Below, in pieces: positions 23,776 to 35,956 of a stretch of DNA of 64,000 nt. The stretch spans positions 591-64,590 of the forward strand of contig NW_021824847.1 of NCBI RefSeq assembly GCF_006345805.1, in the 5' to 3' direction. The position numbers and the translations under genes were made by a program. The notes beneath the pieces were generated by a model. It was not told the DNA's origin. It saw only the letters and a list, made by a program, of their open reading frames with translations, and searched no databases. This DNA is from Octopus sinensis (Eukaryota). The first letter of the stretch is position 1; each line of letters starts with the position of its first letter.

Positions 23776-23989
23776 CAAGCAAAGTTTGTTTCCAGTTTCT
23801 GTGAAAAACATGTCCACCTCTGAGAAAATGCTACCTTCCTTGGAAACAGGTGAGGATTGGTGACAGGGAGGGTACCTAAGCATACAAACCCTTTCTCAAC
23901 AAAATCAGTCTGACTCATGCAAGCATGGAAAAGTGCATCTTAAATTATATTCTATAACCAAAGCAATCAAAATCAAAGTGAAATTCGAT

Positions 23990-24500
23990 GACGGGCATGA
24001 GCACCATACGAGCGTGATCGTTGACAGAGCAGCTAACCGGCTTCTGTGCCAGTGGCACATAAAAGGCACCATTCGAGTGTTATCATTACCAGCTTTGCCT
24101 CACTGGCACCTGTGCCCCGTGCTAGTAGGGTGCTAAGAGCACCATCTGAATGTGATCGTTGCCAGAGCAGCTAACTGGCTTCCGTGCCGGTGGCATGTAA
24201 GAGGCACCATTCGAGCGTGATTGTTACCAGCATTGCCTTACTGGCACTGTGCCAGTGGCATGTGTAAAAAGATTTCAGCAAGGCCGTTGCCAGTACTGCC
24301 TGAGTGGACCCTGTGCCGGTGGCATGTAAAAGCACCCACTACACTCTCGGAGTGGTTGGCATTAGGAAGGGCATCAAGCTGTAGAAACTCTGCCAGATCA
24401 AGACTGGAGCCTGGTGCAGCCATCTGGTTCGCCAGCCCTCAGTCATTCGTCCAACCCATGCTAGCATGGAAAGCGGACGTTAAACAATGATGATGATGAA
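23990..24500 (+). mobile_element. RTE family D 3' UTR
   Basis: gagtggttggcattaggaagggcatc...gttaaacaatgatgatg. Confidence 0.8.
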
Positions 24501-24685
24501 AGCAATCTAAATGGTGGAATAAATTGTATGAATGTTGCATTTTGGGCAGGTCCCTTAATTGGAAAAAAATGCATGTTAACCAGCGTTAGTGGACAAACTG
24601 GGAGTTATGAGAGACCCACACTAATTTCTTCATATTCTAATATTACCCTGTTCTATAAACAGTTTTCCAGTTGTAATGTTCTTCT

Positions 24686-24825
24686 TATTTCTTTATTACC
24701 CACAAGGGGCTAAACAAGGACAGACAAAAGGATTAAGTCGATTAGATCGACCCCAGTGCGTAACTGGTACTTAATTTATCGACCCCGAAAGGATGAAAGG
24801 CAAAGTCGACCTTGGCAGAATTTGA
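24686..24825 (-). mobile_element. SINE B fragment
   Basis: Core and tail. Confidence 0.75.
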
Positions 24826-25004
24826 AGACTGCCTAAAATGGTTTGGTCACACAAATTGTCTCCAGCACTGATTTCTCTCTTTTAAGTCTGTTATTTATTG
24901 TATCAATCTCTTTTGTCAATCCTCTAAATCATGGGGACATAGAGAAACCAGCACCAGTAGTCAAATGGTTAGTGGGCAGGGAACAAACACAATCACACAC
25001 ACAC

Positions 25005-25200
25005 ACATATCATTTAAGGTCTCCTTTCCATGCTGGCATGGGTTTGGCAGAGAGCTGCACCAGGCCCCAACTGGTAGTTTTGGCTAGGTTTCTACAGCTG
25101 GATGCCCTTCCTAACACCAACCACTGTACAGAGTGAATAGGGTGCTTTTTATATGGCCCAGGCACAGGCGTTTTCTATGTGACACTGGCATGGGTGATTT
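25005..25200 (-). mobile_element. Degenerate RTE family D UTR
   Basis: ctggatgcccttcctaacaccaaccac. Confidence 0.6.
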
Positions 25201-25350
25201 TGATAAGGCACAACTTTCCACACAGCTTTCATTTACCAAATTCTCTCACAAGGCACTGGTTGGCCTGTAGTTATAATAGTAGAAGACACTTGCCCATGGT
25301 ACAACACAGAGGGACAAAACTTAAAATCATGTGCTAGCAAAGTGAGTTTC

Positions 25351-25578
25351 TTAACCCTTTAGTCTTTAAACCGGCCACATCCAGCCAAAATATTCTACCT
25401 GTTTTATGTTCAAACTGGCCAAATGTGGCCCCTCACACCTGTTCTACAATGTCATTCTAAAATTTAATAGTTACCTCATAAAAATTTCAAAACTATCAGA
25501 CAATACAGGATTAATTCAGAACAATGATAATAAATAAATGATACATTAGACAAGATAATCTGAATGCTAAAAGGTTAA
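25351..25578. mobile_element. piggyBac-like MITE, second family
   Basis: ttaaccctttag...ctaaaaggttaa; body matches the 15965-16177 part in reverse. Confidence 0.8.
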
Positions 25579-25706
25579 GCACTCGGTCAAGCCCCTAACC
25601 ACTCAGATACAATACTTTTGATCTGTAAATGATTCACTGAAGAAGTATGATAAACCCTAAACAGATAGTAATAACAACCAAATAGAAAAATTGCCTCCAT
25701 ACTTAC

Positions 25707-25802
25707 TAAATGATGGAAGGACACTTCTTAATTTTAAATCGTTCGACTAATTTAGGATTGGAATTCATCTGTATTTTGGCAATGTTCAGAGTGTGGTGCA
25801 TT
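25707..25802 (-). CDS. Exon 6, thioredoxin-fold membrane protein
   Basis: Acceptor ttttacttacag|, donor ta|gtaagt; MHHTLNIAKIQMNSNPKLVERFKIKKCPSII(Y); 96 nt, phase 2-2. Confidence 0.92.
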
Positions 25803-25865
25803 CTGTAAGTAAAAGAAAATAACTTTCAAATCATATGACTATGTTTGTATGTCTGATTGCATATG

Positions 25866-26020
25866 TGTGATGAAATAATAATGATAATAATAATAATGAT
25901 AATAATGATAATAATGATAATAATAATAATAATAATAATGATAATAATAATGATAATAATAATAATATAATAATAATAATAATAATAACAATGGTGATAA
26001 TAATAATAATGATAATGATG

Positions 26021-26054
<34 letters not shown>

Positions 26055-26149
26055 TAATAATAATAATAATAATGATAATAATAATAATAATAATGATAAT
26101 AATAATGATAATAATAATAATAATAATGATAATAATAATAATAATAATG

Positions 26150-26183
<34 letters not shown>

Positions 26184-26284
26184 TAATAATGATAATAATA
26201 ATAATAATAATGATAATAATAATAATAATGATAATAATAATAATAATAGTAATAATGATAATAATAATGATAATAATAATAATA
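25866..26284. repeat. (AAT/GAT)n microsatellite
   Basis: About 420 bp, directly abutting the Dong-like element. Confidence 0.95.
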
Positions 26285-26820
26285 GAAAAAAGATGGTATA
26301 AGCACACACCAGGAAAGGTCACAGAAAACGAGAAAGCAACCATACACTGGGATATGCCAATACACACAGAGATAGAGAAATTAAGGCCAACAGGCCAGAT
26401 ATAGTTGTCAGAGATCATGAAGAAAAAAAATGCTTTCTAATTGATGTATCAATACCGGCATATGACAACGGTTCTCTAAAAGAAATGGAGAAACTTTCAA
26501 AATACAAAGATCTGGAAATAGAGGTAACTAGAATGTGGAATCTAAAAACAGAAACAATTCCTATCATAGTAGGTGCATTAGGTATGATTAAAAAACCTTC
26601 AGACAAATACATAACAAAAACACCAGGACTTAAAAACACATATAACATACAGAAAATTGCACCAATGGGCACTGCACACATCCTACACAAAACACTTTCA
26701 ATACAGTAACCATCAGAGCATCACAACAAATCACAGCACATACCCAAGGCACACAGAGCTGCGCTCGGTAGTGAAGTGAAAGCATGCTATAAAAATAAAA
26801 CTACTGAATAATAATAATAA
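26285..26820 (+). mobile_element. R4/Dong-clade LINE 3' end (restriction-like endonuclease), 5' truncated
   Basis: IHWDMPIHT-DREIKANRPDIVV..CFLIDVSIP..KLSKYKDL..IPIIVGALG..TAHIL; ends in (TAA)n and starts at an (AAT)n tract. Confidence 0.9.
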
Positions 26821-26823
26821 TAA

Positions 26824-27230
26824 ATGCCCTGATGCAGTACCAGGCAGTGGCTCTCATGGCTTCTGATCTTAACTGATTGGAAGTGTTATCAAGTACATTG
26901 TTTTGTCTTGGTATAAAAGATGGGCTACAGCAAATATTCTGCTCAATACCACAGATTTGCTTGTCAGTTGTTTGACCTTAACCAGTTGAGCATGTCCCTT
27001 AGTGGCTGACGATATGTGCATCTCTGATCACGAGCAGAAGTAGTGGGGGAGCATCATAGCCATGTGTTGAGATGAATTCTTTGGGGTTTGAATAATTCAC
27101 CTCTGGAAACATGGGTGGTTCTTTCAATCATCCTTAAACAACCCTTATTCAGGGACCTTTTGAGCAGGATGGGTTACTCGACCAGAAGAAAATTCTAACT
27201 GGGCCCCACCTGCAAGGTCATGTGCTGTTT
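26824..27230 (+). repeat. Unclassified interspersed repeat
   Basis: Diverged second copy at about 54130-54390. Confidence 0.55.
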
Positions 27231-27336
27231 ATCTTGATAAGAGATCACCATGTCGCGCACATATGGTTGTGATGCATGTGCCTGGTGTACCCTTATCAGA
27301 CAGGTAGTCATGATGGGTATATTGGGCTTCATATAT

Positions 27337-27539
27337 TTTACTTGTTTCAGTCATTTGACTGCGGGCATGCTGGAGCACCGCCTTTAGTCGAGCAAATCGA
27401 CCCCGGGACTTATTCTTTGTAAGCCCAGTACTTATTCTATCGGTCTCTTTTGCCGAACCACTAAGTGACGGGGACATAAACACACCAGCATCGATTGTCA
27501 AGCAATGCTAGAGGGACAAACACAGACACACAAACATAT

Positions 27540-27592
<53 letters not shown>

Positions 27593-27758
27593 TATGACAG
27601 GCTTCTTTCAGTTTCTGTCTACCAAATTCACTCACAAGGTATTGGTCAGCCCGGGGTTATAGCAGAAGACAGTTGCCCAAGATTCCACGCAGTGGGACCG
27701 AACCCGGAACCATGTGGTTGGTTAGCAAGCTACTTACCACACAGCCACTCCTGCGCCT
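27337..27758 (-). mobile_element. SINE A, full length
   Basis: Reverse consensus. Confidence 0.9.
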
Positions 27759-28060
27759 ATTCTCTGTTCATTAATTTTACATGTACGGCAAAGTCTGTGC
27801 TTCACTAAAAAGGGCTAATAAGACCAAAACTTGCCTGGAGTTTTCTCCCCTACTTACTAAAATTATTGATATAATATTAGTTATTTAACTATTGTTAACT
27901 TTTTCTTGTGGTATAATTATTTCAGATTAATTAATCAATTTTTGTCCTGTCGCACGTTCTATTAAATATGATAATATACACACAATTATGCAAAATAGGT
28001 CACCTTAATGAAGTACATTTGACAAAATATAATTTGTGGGGAGAAAATGAAAATGCTTAC

Positions 28061-28117
28061 CTCACTGCAACAGCTTCCATTGTTGCCATGGCAATTAATC
28101 CACAGCCTGGCTTGTAA
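28061..28117 (-). CDS. Exon 5, thioredoxin-fold membrane protein (active-site region)
   Basis: Acceptor tctatcattgcag|, donor ag|gtaagc; (F)YKPGCGLIAMATMEAVAV(R) in place of FYAPWCGHC; 57 nt, phase 2-2. Confidence 0.9.
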
Positions 28118-28236
28118 CTGCAATGATAGAAACAGACATTTTGACAATTATACAGAACACAATCAGTAATGATAATTAGAAAAAGCACACACAAGCACAC
28201 ACCTATTCTAGCACAAACATATAGCACAAAATATAA

Positions 28237-28467
28237 GGTGGCGAGCTGGTAGAAACGTTAGCATGTCGGGCGAAATTCGTAGCCATATTTCATCTGTCGT
28301 TACGTTCCGAGTTCAAATTCCGCCGAGGTCAACTTTGCCTTTCATCCTTTCGGGGTCGATAAATTAAGTACCAGTTACGCACTGGGGTCGATGTTATCGA
28401 CTTAATCCCTTTGTCTGTCCTTGTTTGTCCCCTCTGTGTTTAGCCCCTTGTGGGTAGTAAAGAAATA
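28237..28467 (+). mobile_element. SINE B
   Basis: Consensus; tattctagcacaaaca repeated on both flanks. Confidence 0.88.
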
Positions 28468-28488
28468 TATTCTAGCACAAACAGTAAG

Positions 28489-28858
28489 TGGAGGTGCAAT
28501 GGCCCAGTGGTTAGGGCAGCGGACTCGCGGTCGAAGGATCGCGGTTTCAATTCCCAGACCGGGCGTTGTGTGTGTTTATTGAGCGAAAACACATAAAGCT
28601 CCACGAGGCTCCGGCAGGGGGTGGTGGCGCCCCCTGTTGTACTCTTTCGCCACAACTTTCTCTCACTCTTTCTTCGTGTTTCTTGTCCCCGACTTCCTAC
28701 GCAACCGCTGAGCCTGGATGCGCATTCATCCATCCATCGATGCTCTCTGTGTCGGGGGGTTGACCTGTTTTCTCTTGTGCGGGTCTTACGAATAGCAAAG
28801 GACCATGTTTCGGACTTCTCCCACAGATGGGACGAAGACCACTTCGCTCAACAAACAA
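28489..28858 (+). mobile_element. SINE C variant with a third body type
   Basis: C head, then a different sequence ending ...cacttcgctcaacaaacaaac. Confidence 0.75.
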
Positions 28859-28931
28859 ACAGAAATACATACATACTTTGAAGAAACTTAATAACAACAA
28901 CAACAACATCAACAACGACCAAACAACTTAC

Positions 28932-29073
28932 AACAACACCAGCCAGTCACCAGTGGTGGCTCCAGTTGAGGCTTGAGTCAAATGTTCGAAATTGTTTTCA
29001 TTCAAAACCTTCATTGCTTCCTTCTGAGCAGCTTCCAACCATTCAGCAACATCTCCTGCATCTATAGTGTTAC
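28932..29073 (-). CDS. Exon 4, thioredoxin-fold membrane protein
   Basis: Acceptor ctctctttttag|, donor tt|gtaagt; NTIDAGDVAEWLEAAQKEAMKVLNENNFEHLTQASTGATTGDWLVL(F); NFEHLTQAxTGATTGDW is a motif I recall from invertebrate Trx-domain membrane proteins; 142 nt, phase 1-2. Confidence 0.93.
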
Positions 29074-29163
29074 CTAAAAAGAGAGAGGAAACCCGTCTTG
29101 TGTGACTGAGGGCTTGAGGAATGCGAAGATGTATGCACAATAAGCATTATCATCGGCGTCATC

Positions 29164-30479
29164 TTAACCCTTTCGTTACCAACCCGGCCGAAACCGGCTC
29201 TGGTTCTGAATACAAATGTCTTGTTTTCATAAGTTTTTAGTTAAAATCTTCCGCCATACCTTAGTCACAATTTATGTTCCAAACACTAGGTTAATGGTAA
29301 CTAAGTTATTTTACTAAATTCTTTATTATGTTTAAAGTAATTGAAGGAAACACAGAGCATCTTAACCCTTTCATTACCAAACCGCCCAAAGCCGCCCGAA
29401 AAAAATTTTGGTTAATGTGACCAAACCGCCCAAAGCCTCCCGAATTTACCTATTCATATTTAAATGAGAATATCAGAGCAAATCTCTTTAGTACATTCGT
29501 AAAAACACGTGATTATGCTTCGTAAACAATTCATCTACAGTTTTGTACAACGATCGACGTGTAATTTTAATTCCCTGAATTTTGGGAGATTTTTTTCCAC
29601 ATTTTTTTCAGCATCGATTTTTCTTCAACTTTGAAAATGGATAGGAGTTTCATGTTATCAAGCATTGATTCCGAACTGGAAAATATGTGAAACAAATACT
29701 GGGTACTGTTGTGGATTTAGTTTTTATACAGGGAAACTAATGTTAGTCAGCATGGCTTAGGGTATGATGTGGTCTGGAAATTATTGTTTGAAGCAATCAA
29801 TGTGGAAACAAACTTACGCAGATTGTAAACAAACACAAAATGGGGGTTCAAATTTCGGAAAATTTGTGAAGCAAATACTGGGTACTGCATGGATTTAGTT
29901 TTTATACAGGGAAAATAATGTTAGTCAGCATGGCCTAGGGAACGATGTGGTCTGGAATTTATCACTTCCATACCATAACCAGGGCCGTATATTATTTTTT
30001 GACCGATTTCTTCAGTTCGGTCAAACTTGCAGTGGATTCCAGTATTTCACTTTATTCCACCTTTATGGTACACCTGTTGTGCATTAAATTCAACTGATGA
30101 TATAGTGATGTGCACAATTCTTCTTTATCAAAATTTTGTTGCATACCCATTTGAATATTAGTTGATGATTCATTTTCTATAGTGATGTTTAAACAAAATT
30201 TTAATATTTTTACCTTTTGCTCAATTTACCTGGATTTACCTGTAATTAAAGTCACTTTGAGACAAAAGTTATGCAATAGAATTGATTAAGTACCCTTTCT
30301 TTAATTATGTTCCAAATATCACATTAATATGTTGATAAGTAAAAAAGTTACAGTTATTTAATGAAACAAGCCTAAATTCATGATTATTTTAGAATTTAAT
30401 TGAAACTCATGAGGGGTGTATTTTGATCAAAAATATAGTAACAAAAGGGTTAAAATAAATACAGTAACAAAAGGGTTAA
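29164..30479. mobile_element. piggyBac-like MITE with a second, larger piggyBac-like element (29362-30453) nested at an internal TTAA
   Basis: TTAA-CCCTTT termini at 29164, 29362, 30453 and 30479; the uninterrupted outer form is seen at 35495-35723. Confidence 0.85.
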
Positions 30480-30760
30480 TAACTGCTTCAAGCCACATGT
30501 ATGGATCATCATCACCATCACCACCATCTTTGTCCTCATCATCACTATCACTGTCATCATCATCATCGTTTAACATCTGGTCTCCATGCTGGCATGGAAA
30601 GGGCCAGCAGGGTGCTGTCTGGACTCCAACTCTCACTCTTTTGGCCTGCTCGCTTAGCCAGCGGGGTGGCATCATTTGAAGGCTAAAACAGTGCGAAGCA
30701 CATTGTGACCAGCGATGTGTAGCAATGTCTGATAGTCTGGTTGGTCACGTGATATATATA

Positions 30761-31158
30761 TCTTTATATATAAAAGTGAGGTTGTGCGTCTGTCTGTCTC
30801 CTATGATTTAGATTCCTAACTACTCCCACATTTTGCGGTGCAGTTTAACCAAAAGCGGGTATCTTATAGTCGTGATTCATATCGAGCCCTTCTGGGTATT
30901 AGCGCGCGTCTACGATGAGTCAACAATTTAAAAAAAATTTACCATCAATTTTTCCCATTTTTAATGCATTTTTGGCATATATAAGGGAAGTAACTCTCTA
31001 AAAATTTATTATTAAATCTCAAAACATAAAAAGCTACAGTAACACCACCCCCCTTTGTGGTTAGCCATATTGAGATGGCTATTATACTTTACATCTCTAA
31101 AAATGCTTATATAGTTATTTCCCTTACAAACCCGAACAACGCCGGGCGATACTGCTAG
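30761..31158 (+). mobile_element. Helitron-like element, same family
   Basis: TC...cccgaacaacgccggg...CTAG. Confidence 0.8.
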
Positions 31159-31354
31159 TATATATATATATATATATATCTATATATAGACAGACATGCA
31201 TGCACACACAGAAATTTGCATATACAGATAGAGAGAGAAGGAAAACATTACAGTGTATTGATTGGACACAATTGACATAAGCTCTTTCCATCTTGTATGA
31301 ATAAAACAAAATATACTCGCACACATAAAGGGAAAGAGAGAGAAAAAGAGAGAG

Positions 31355-31761
31355 AGGCGCAGGAGTGGCTGTGTGGTAACTAGCTTGCTAACCAGCCAGA
31401 TGGTTCCGGGTTCAGTCCCACTGCGTGACACCTTGGGCAAGTGTCTTCTGCTATAGCCCTGGGCCAACCAATGCCTTGTGAGTGGATTTGGTAGACGGAA
31501 ACTGAAAGAAGCCCGTCGTATATATGTATATATATATGTATGTGTGTGTATGTGTTTGTGTGTCTGTGTTTGTCCCCTTAGCATTGCTTGACAACCGATG
31601 CTGGTGTGTTTACGTCCCCGTCACTTAGCAGTTCGGCAAAAGAGACCGATAGAATAAGTACTGGGCTTACAGAGAATAAGTCCCAGGGTCGAGTTGCTCG
31701 ACTTAAGGCGGTGCTCCAGCATGGCCGCAGTCAAATGACTTAAACAAGTAAAAGAGTAAAA
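31355..31761 (+). mobile_element. SINE A, full length
   Basis: Consensus. Confidence 0.9.
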
Positions 31762-31879
31762 ACAGAGAGAGAGAGAGAAAGAGAGAGAAACATTGAAACA
31801 TTTGTTGTCAAATCAACAACACCAAACATAGGATGCATAAAGAACAGAGCCAAAGTATCTTCTACCTGTTGTTACCTAC

Positions 31880-31987
31880 CGTCATATACTATGGGAGACT
31901 TCTGTCTGAAGAACACTAATGCTGGTATTACCTTCACACCATATTTGTCACCGAACGTTTGGCTTTGCAATTTCCCATAACGACAGT
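31880..31987 (-). CDS. Exon 3, thioredoxin-fold membrane protein
   Basis: Acceptor ctctacttccag|, donor g|gtaggt; CRYGKLQSQTFGDKYGVKVIPALVFFRQKSPIVYD(G), Trx cis-Pro and beta-strand pattern; 108 nt, phase 1-1. Confidence 0.9.
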
Positions 31988-32049
31988 CTGGAAGTAGAGA
32001 GAAGAGATAGAAGTGAGAAACTGACAAACAGGTTTCGTTGGTTGTGAAA

Positions 32050-32470
32050 TCATCATCATCATCATCATTTAGCGTCCGCTTTCCATGCTAGCATGGGTTG
32101 GACAGTTCAACTGGGGTCTGTGAAGCCGGAAGGCTGCATCAGGCCCAGTCAGATCTGGCAGTGTTTCTACGGCTGGATGCCCTTCCTAACGCCAACCACT
32201 CCGTGAGTGTAGTGGGTGCCTTTTACGTGCCACCTGCACAGGTGCCAGACAGAGCTGGCAAACGGCCACGAACGGATGGTGCTTTTACGTGCCACCGGCA
32301 CGGGGGCCAGGTGAGGCTGGCAACGGACACGAACGGCTGGTGCTGTTACGTGCCACCGGCATGAGGCCAGTCAGGGCGGCGCTGGCAACGGTCACGAATG
32401 GATGGTTCTCTTACGTGCCACTGGCACTGGTAACTCATCTGCAATTTCCATTGATCGATTTCGATTCTGA
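32050..32470 (-). mobile_element. RTE family D 3' UTR
   Basis: Same consensus, reverse orientation. Confidence 0.8.
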
Positions 32471-32508
32471 TCCTCTGAAATGCTAGCTTTTATGTATAAC
32501 AGATTATA

Positions 32509-33750
32509 AGCAATAATAAATCTCTGAACGAGGTATACACAGTAACTGCACGACAATGTGAAGTATATTTACCACTTAAATGTGGCTGACCACTAAGGGT
32601 GGATGTTACTGTAGCTTGTAGCCCCAGGAGAACATCTTCTCCAGCTGGCTATAGGCACAATTTCTGTGACCTATCGGCATTTGCAAAGGGAGGTCATCCA
32701 TCCCTCGTCAACCTAAGTGATACGCACGGACTGCAGTTTCTGGGTATTGACCCGTCATCAGCGCACGACAATCACTGGTTTTCGATGGAAGGGTCCCAAT
32801 GCAAATATTTATATCCTTTTTCCAGTGATTTTTCGTGACTGATCTTGAAAAAGTGTATACAAGCAATAATAAATCTCTGAACAAGGTATAGACATTAACT
32901 GCACGACAATGTGAAGTACATTTGCCATCTAAATATGGCTAACCACTAAGGGTGGATGTTACTGTAGCTTGTAGCCCCAGGAGAACATCTTCTCCAGCTG
33001 GCTATTGACACACTTTCTGTGCCCTATCGATATTTGCAAAGGGAGGTCATCCTTCCCATTGTCAATCTACGTGATATGGCCAAACACGAGTTTCTGGGTA
33101 TTGACCCGTCATCAGTTCACGGCAATCACCGGTTTTCGAGTTTCTGGGTATTGACTCGTCATCAGCTCACGGCAATCACCAGTTTTCGAGTTTCTGGGTA
33201 TTGACCCGTCATCAGCGCACGGCAATCACCGGTTTTCGAGTTTCTGGGTATTGACCCGTCATCAGCACATGGCAATCATCGGTTTTCGAGTTTTGGGTAT
33301 TGACCCGTCATCAGCTCACGGCAATCACCGGTTTTCGAGTTTCTGGGTATTGACCCGTCATCAGCGCACGGCAATCACCGGTTTTCAAGTTTCTGGGTAT
33401 TGACCCGTCATCAGCGCACGGCAATCACCGGTTTTCAAGTTTCTGGGTATTGACCCGTCATCAGCGCACGGCAATCACCGGTTTTCAAGTTTCTGGGTAT
33501 TGACCCGTCATCAGCGCACGGCAATCGCCGGTTTTCGAGTTTCTGGGTATTGACCCGTCATCAGCGCACGGCAATCACCGGTTTTCGAGTTTCTGGGTAT
33601 TGACCCGTCATCAGCGCATGGCAATCACCGGTTTTTGAGTTTCTGGGTATTGACCCGTCATCAGCGCACGGCAATCACCGGTTTCCGAGTTTCTAGGTAC
33701 AATAACATCCACCCTTAGCGGTTAGCCGTATTTGGATGGCAAATATACTT
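32509..33750. mobile_element. Duplicated element with about 55-bp inverted repeats and an internal 50-bp tandem array
   Basis: About 350-bp direct duplication (32509 / 32862); IR 32912-32968 vs 33696-33752; cagattata flanks both ends. Confidence 0.6.
33088..33697 (+). repeat. 50-bp minisatellite, 12 full copies plus a partial
   Basis: Unit gagtttctgggtattgacccgtcatcagcgcacggcaatcaccggttttc; no spacers. Confidence 0.95.
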
Positions 33751-33849
33751 CAGATTATACACAATTTGAAAGAAACAAATACATAAAGCAGGAGGGCAAA
33801 TACATATAACAGTAGTGTGGAGCAAACGAGAAGACAACATCGATAGAAA

Positions 33850-34000
33850 CATGTGGTACATCATCATCATCACCATCTATTTTCCATGCTGGAGTGGCAT
33901 GGATGGCTTGACAGCAGCTGGTCAGCCAGAGCGTTGCACCAAGCACCGATTGCCTGGGTCCTTTTCCTAATGCCAACCACTTTACAGAGTGCACCAGAGG
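33850..34000 (-). mobile_element. Degenerate RTE family D UTR
   Basis: catcatcat...ccatgctgg...cctaatgccaaccact. Confidence 0.5.
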
Positions 34001-34091
34001 ATATCCTTGTTGCTTATTTTGATTTTTATCCCCTTATTTCGAAATTGTACTAAATTCTGGTGCCTCAACTTAAGTACCATATTCATCTGAA

Positions 34092-34130
<39 letters not shown>

Positions 34131-34131
<1 letters not shown>

Positions 34132-34541
34132 TCTTTTCTCTTTTACTGGTTTCAGTCATTTGACTGCGGCCATGCTGGAGCACCGCCTTTAATCGAGCAA
34201 CTCGACCCCGGGACTTATTCCTTTGTAAGCCCAGTACTTATTCTATCGGTCTCTTTTGCCGAAATGCTAAGTAACAGGGACATAAACACACCAGTATCGG
34301 TTGTCAAGCAATGATAGGGGGACAAACACAGACACACAAACGCATATATATATATATATACATATATATATACATATATACGACAGGCTTCTTTTAGTTT
34401 CCGTCTACCAAATCCACTCACAAGGCTTTGGTCGGCCCGAAGCTATAGTAGAAGACACTTGTCCAAGGTGCCGCACAGTGGGACTGAACCCGGAACCATG
34501 TGGTTGGTAAGCAAGCTACTTACCACACAGCCACTCCTGCA

Positions 34542-34588
<47 letters not shown>

Positions 34589-34930
34589 GGCATAGGTGTG
34601 GCTGTGCTTCCCAACCACATGGTCCAGGGTTCAGTCCCACTCCATGCCACCTTGCGCAATCGTCTTCTACTATAGCTTCGGGCCGACCAAAGCCTTGTGA
34701 GTGGATTTGGTACACAAAAACTGAAAGACACACACAAATAGATATATGTGTGTGTGTGTGTCTCTGCTTGTCCCCCACCGTTACTTGACAACCGGTGTTA
34801 GTGTGTTTACACCCCCATAACTTAGCAGTTTGGCAAAATAGGCCGACAGAATAAGTACCAGGCTTTAAAATATAAGTCCTGGGGTTGATTTGTTCGACTA
34901 AAACCCTTCAAGGCAGCAGCCAAATTGCTA
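34131..34930. mobile_element. Head-to-head SINE A pair (34131-34541 minus, about 34590-34930 plus)
   Basis: Divergent copies separated by (TA)n. Confidence 0.8.
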
Positions 34931-34972
34931 AAACAAGAAAAGATAAAAGAAAAGATGATATATATATATATG

Positions 34973-35048
34973 TGGAGGCGCAATGGCCCAGTGGTTAGGG
35001 CAGCGGACTCATGGTCGTAGGATCGCGGTTTTGATTCCCAGACCGGGT
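34973..35048 (+). mobile_element. SINE C head fragment
   Basis: tRNA-like head only. Confidence 0.75.
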
Positions 35049-35175
35049 ATTGGCATTGGGAGCAAGCTACTTACCACACAGCCACTTCTATGCCTATGAC
35101 TAAAATTTATTAACATACTACAGAGCATATAAACGAATCATTTACTTACAGATGGACAAATATTTTAGTTTTGTT

Positions 35176-35723
35176 TGAACCCTTTCGTTACCAATCTGGC
35201 TGAAACCACCTCTGGCTCTGTAATACAAATGTCTTGTTTCCATAAGTCTTCAATTAAAATCTTCTACCAAACCTTAGTCACAATTTATGTTCCTAACACT
35301 AGCTTAATGATAACTAAGTTATTTTACTAAATTCTTTATTATATTTAAAATTAATTGAAAGAAACAGAGCATCTCAAAATAAATACAGTAACAAAAGGGT
35401 TAAAGACATTCAGTCAAATGTGTCTTCAATTTGCACAAGATTTGACTGCTATTTCTAACAAGTCCAAACAACTATGTGAAACAAAATCTGCAAATTAACC
35501 CTTTTCATACCAACCCGGTTGATACCGCTTCTGGCTCTGTAGTACAAATGTCTTGTTTCCATAAGTTTTGAATTAAAATCTTCCACCAAACTTTAGTCAC
35601 AATTTATGTTCCTAACACTAGCTGAATGATAACCAAGTTATTTTACTAAATTCTTTGTTATATTTAAAGTAATTGAAAGAAACACAGAGCATCTTAACAG
35701 AAATACAGTAACGAAAGGGTTAC
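35176..35723. mobile_element. Two adjacent piggyBac-like MITEs (35176-35403, 35495-35723)
   Basis: (TT)AACCCTTT...AAAGGGTTA(A) termini; same body as the outer element at 29164. Confidence 0.85.
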
Positions 35724-35832
35724 TAATTCCAAGAAGAAAATGCCTGCAGCAAGGAAAACAAGGAACAACAACGAAACAGTGGAGACAAGAAGATCTGGTA
35801 AATGGTTAAAGAACAAAAATGCTCAAAGTTAC

Positions 35833-35913
35833 CTTCCAGGAATGTCAAATCAGCCTTTAGTAATTTTTGCATTTCAAACAAAGCAGAATGGTACTCAGCA
35901 TTTATTTCATCGT
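35833..35913 (-). CDS. Exon 2, thioredoxin-fold membrane protein
   Basis: Acceptor ttttttttcctcacag|, donor g|gtaact; (Y)DEINAEYHSALFEMQKLLKADLTFLE(D); 81 nt, phase 1-1. Confidence 0.85.
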
Positions 35914-35956
35914 CTGTGAGGAAAAAAAAAGACAAGCAAAAAACAAAAAAAGTCAT

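Noticed and set aside
25826-26418. Poly-I/Y/L ORFs
   Set aside because: (AAT)n tract; only the part after 26285 is coding, and it is retroelement-derived
33088-33697. CRISPR-like array
   Set aside because: Units are contiguous 50-bp repeats with no unique spacers, there are no cas genes, and the context is eukaryotic
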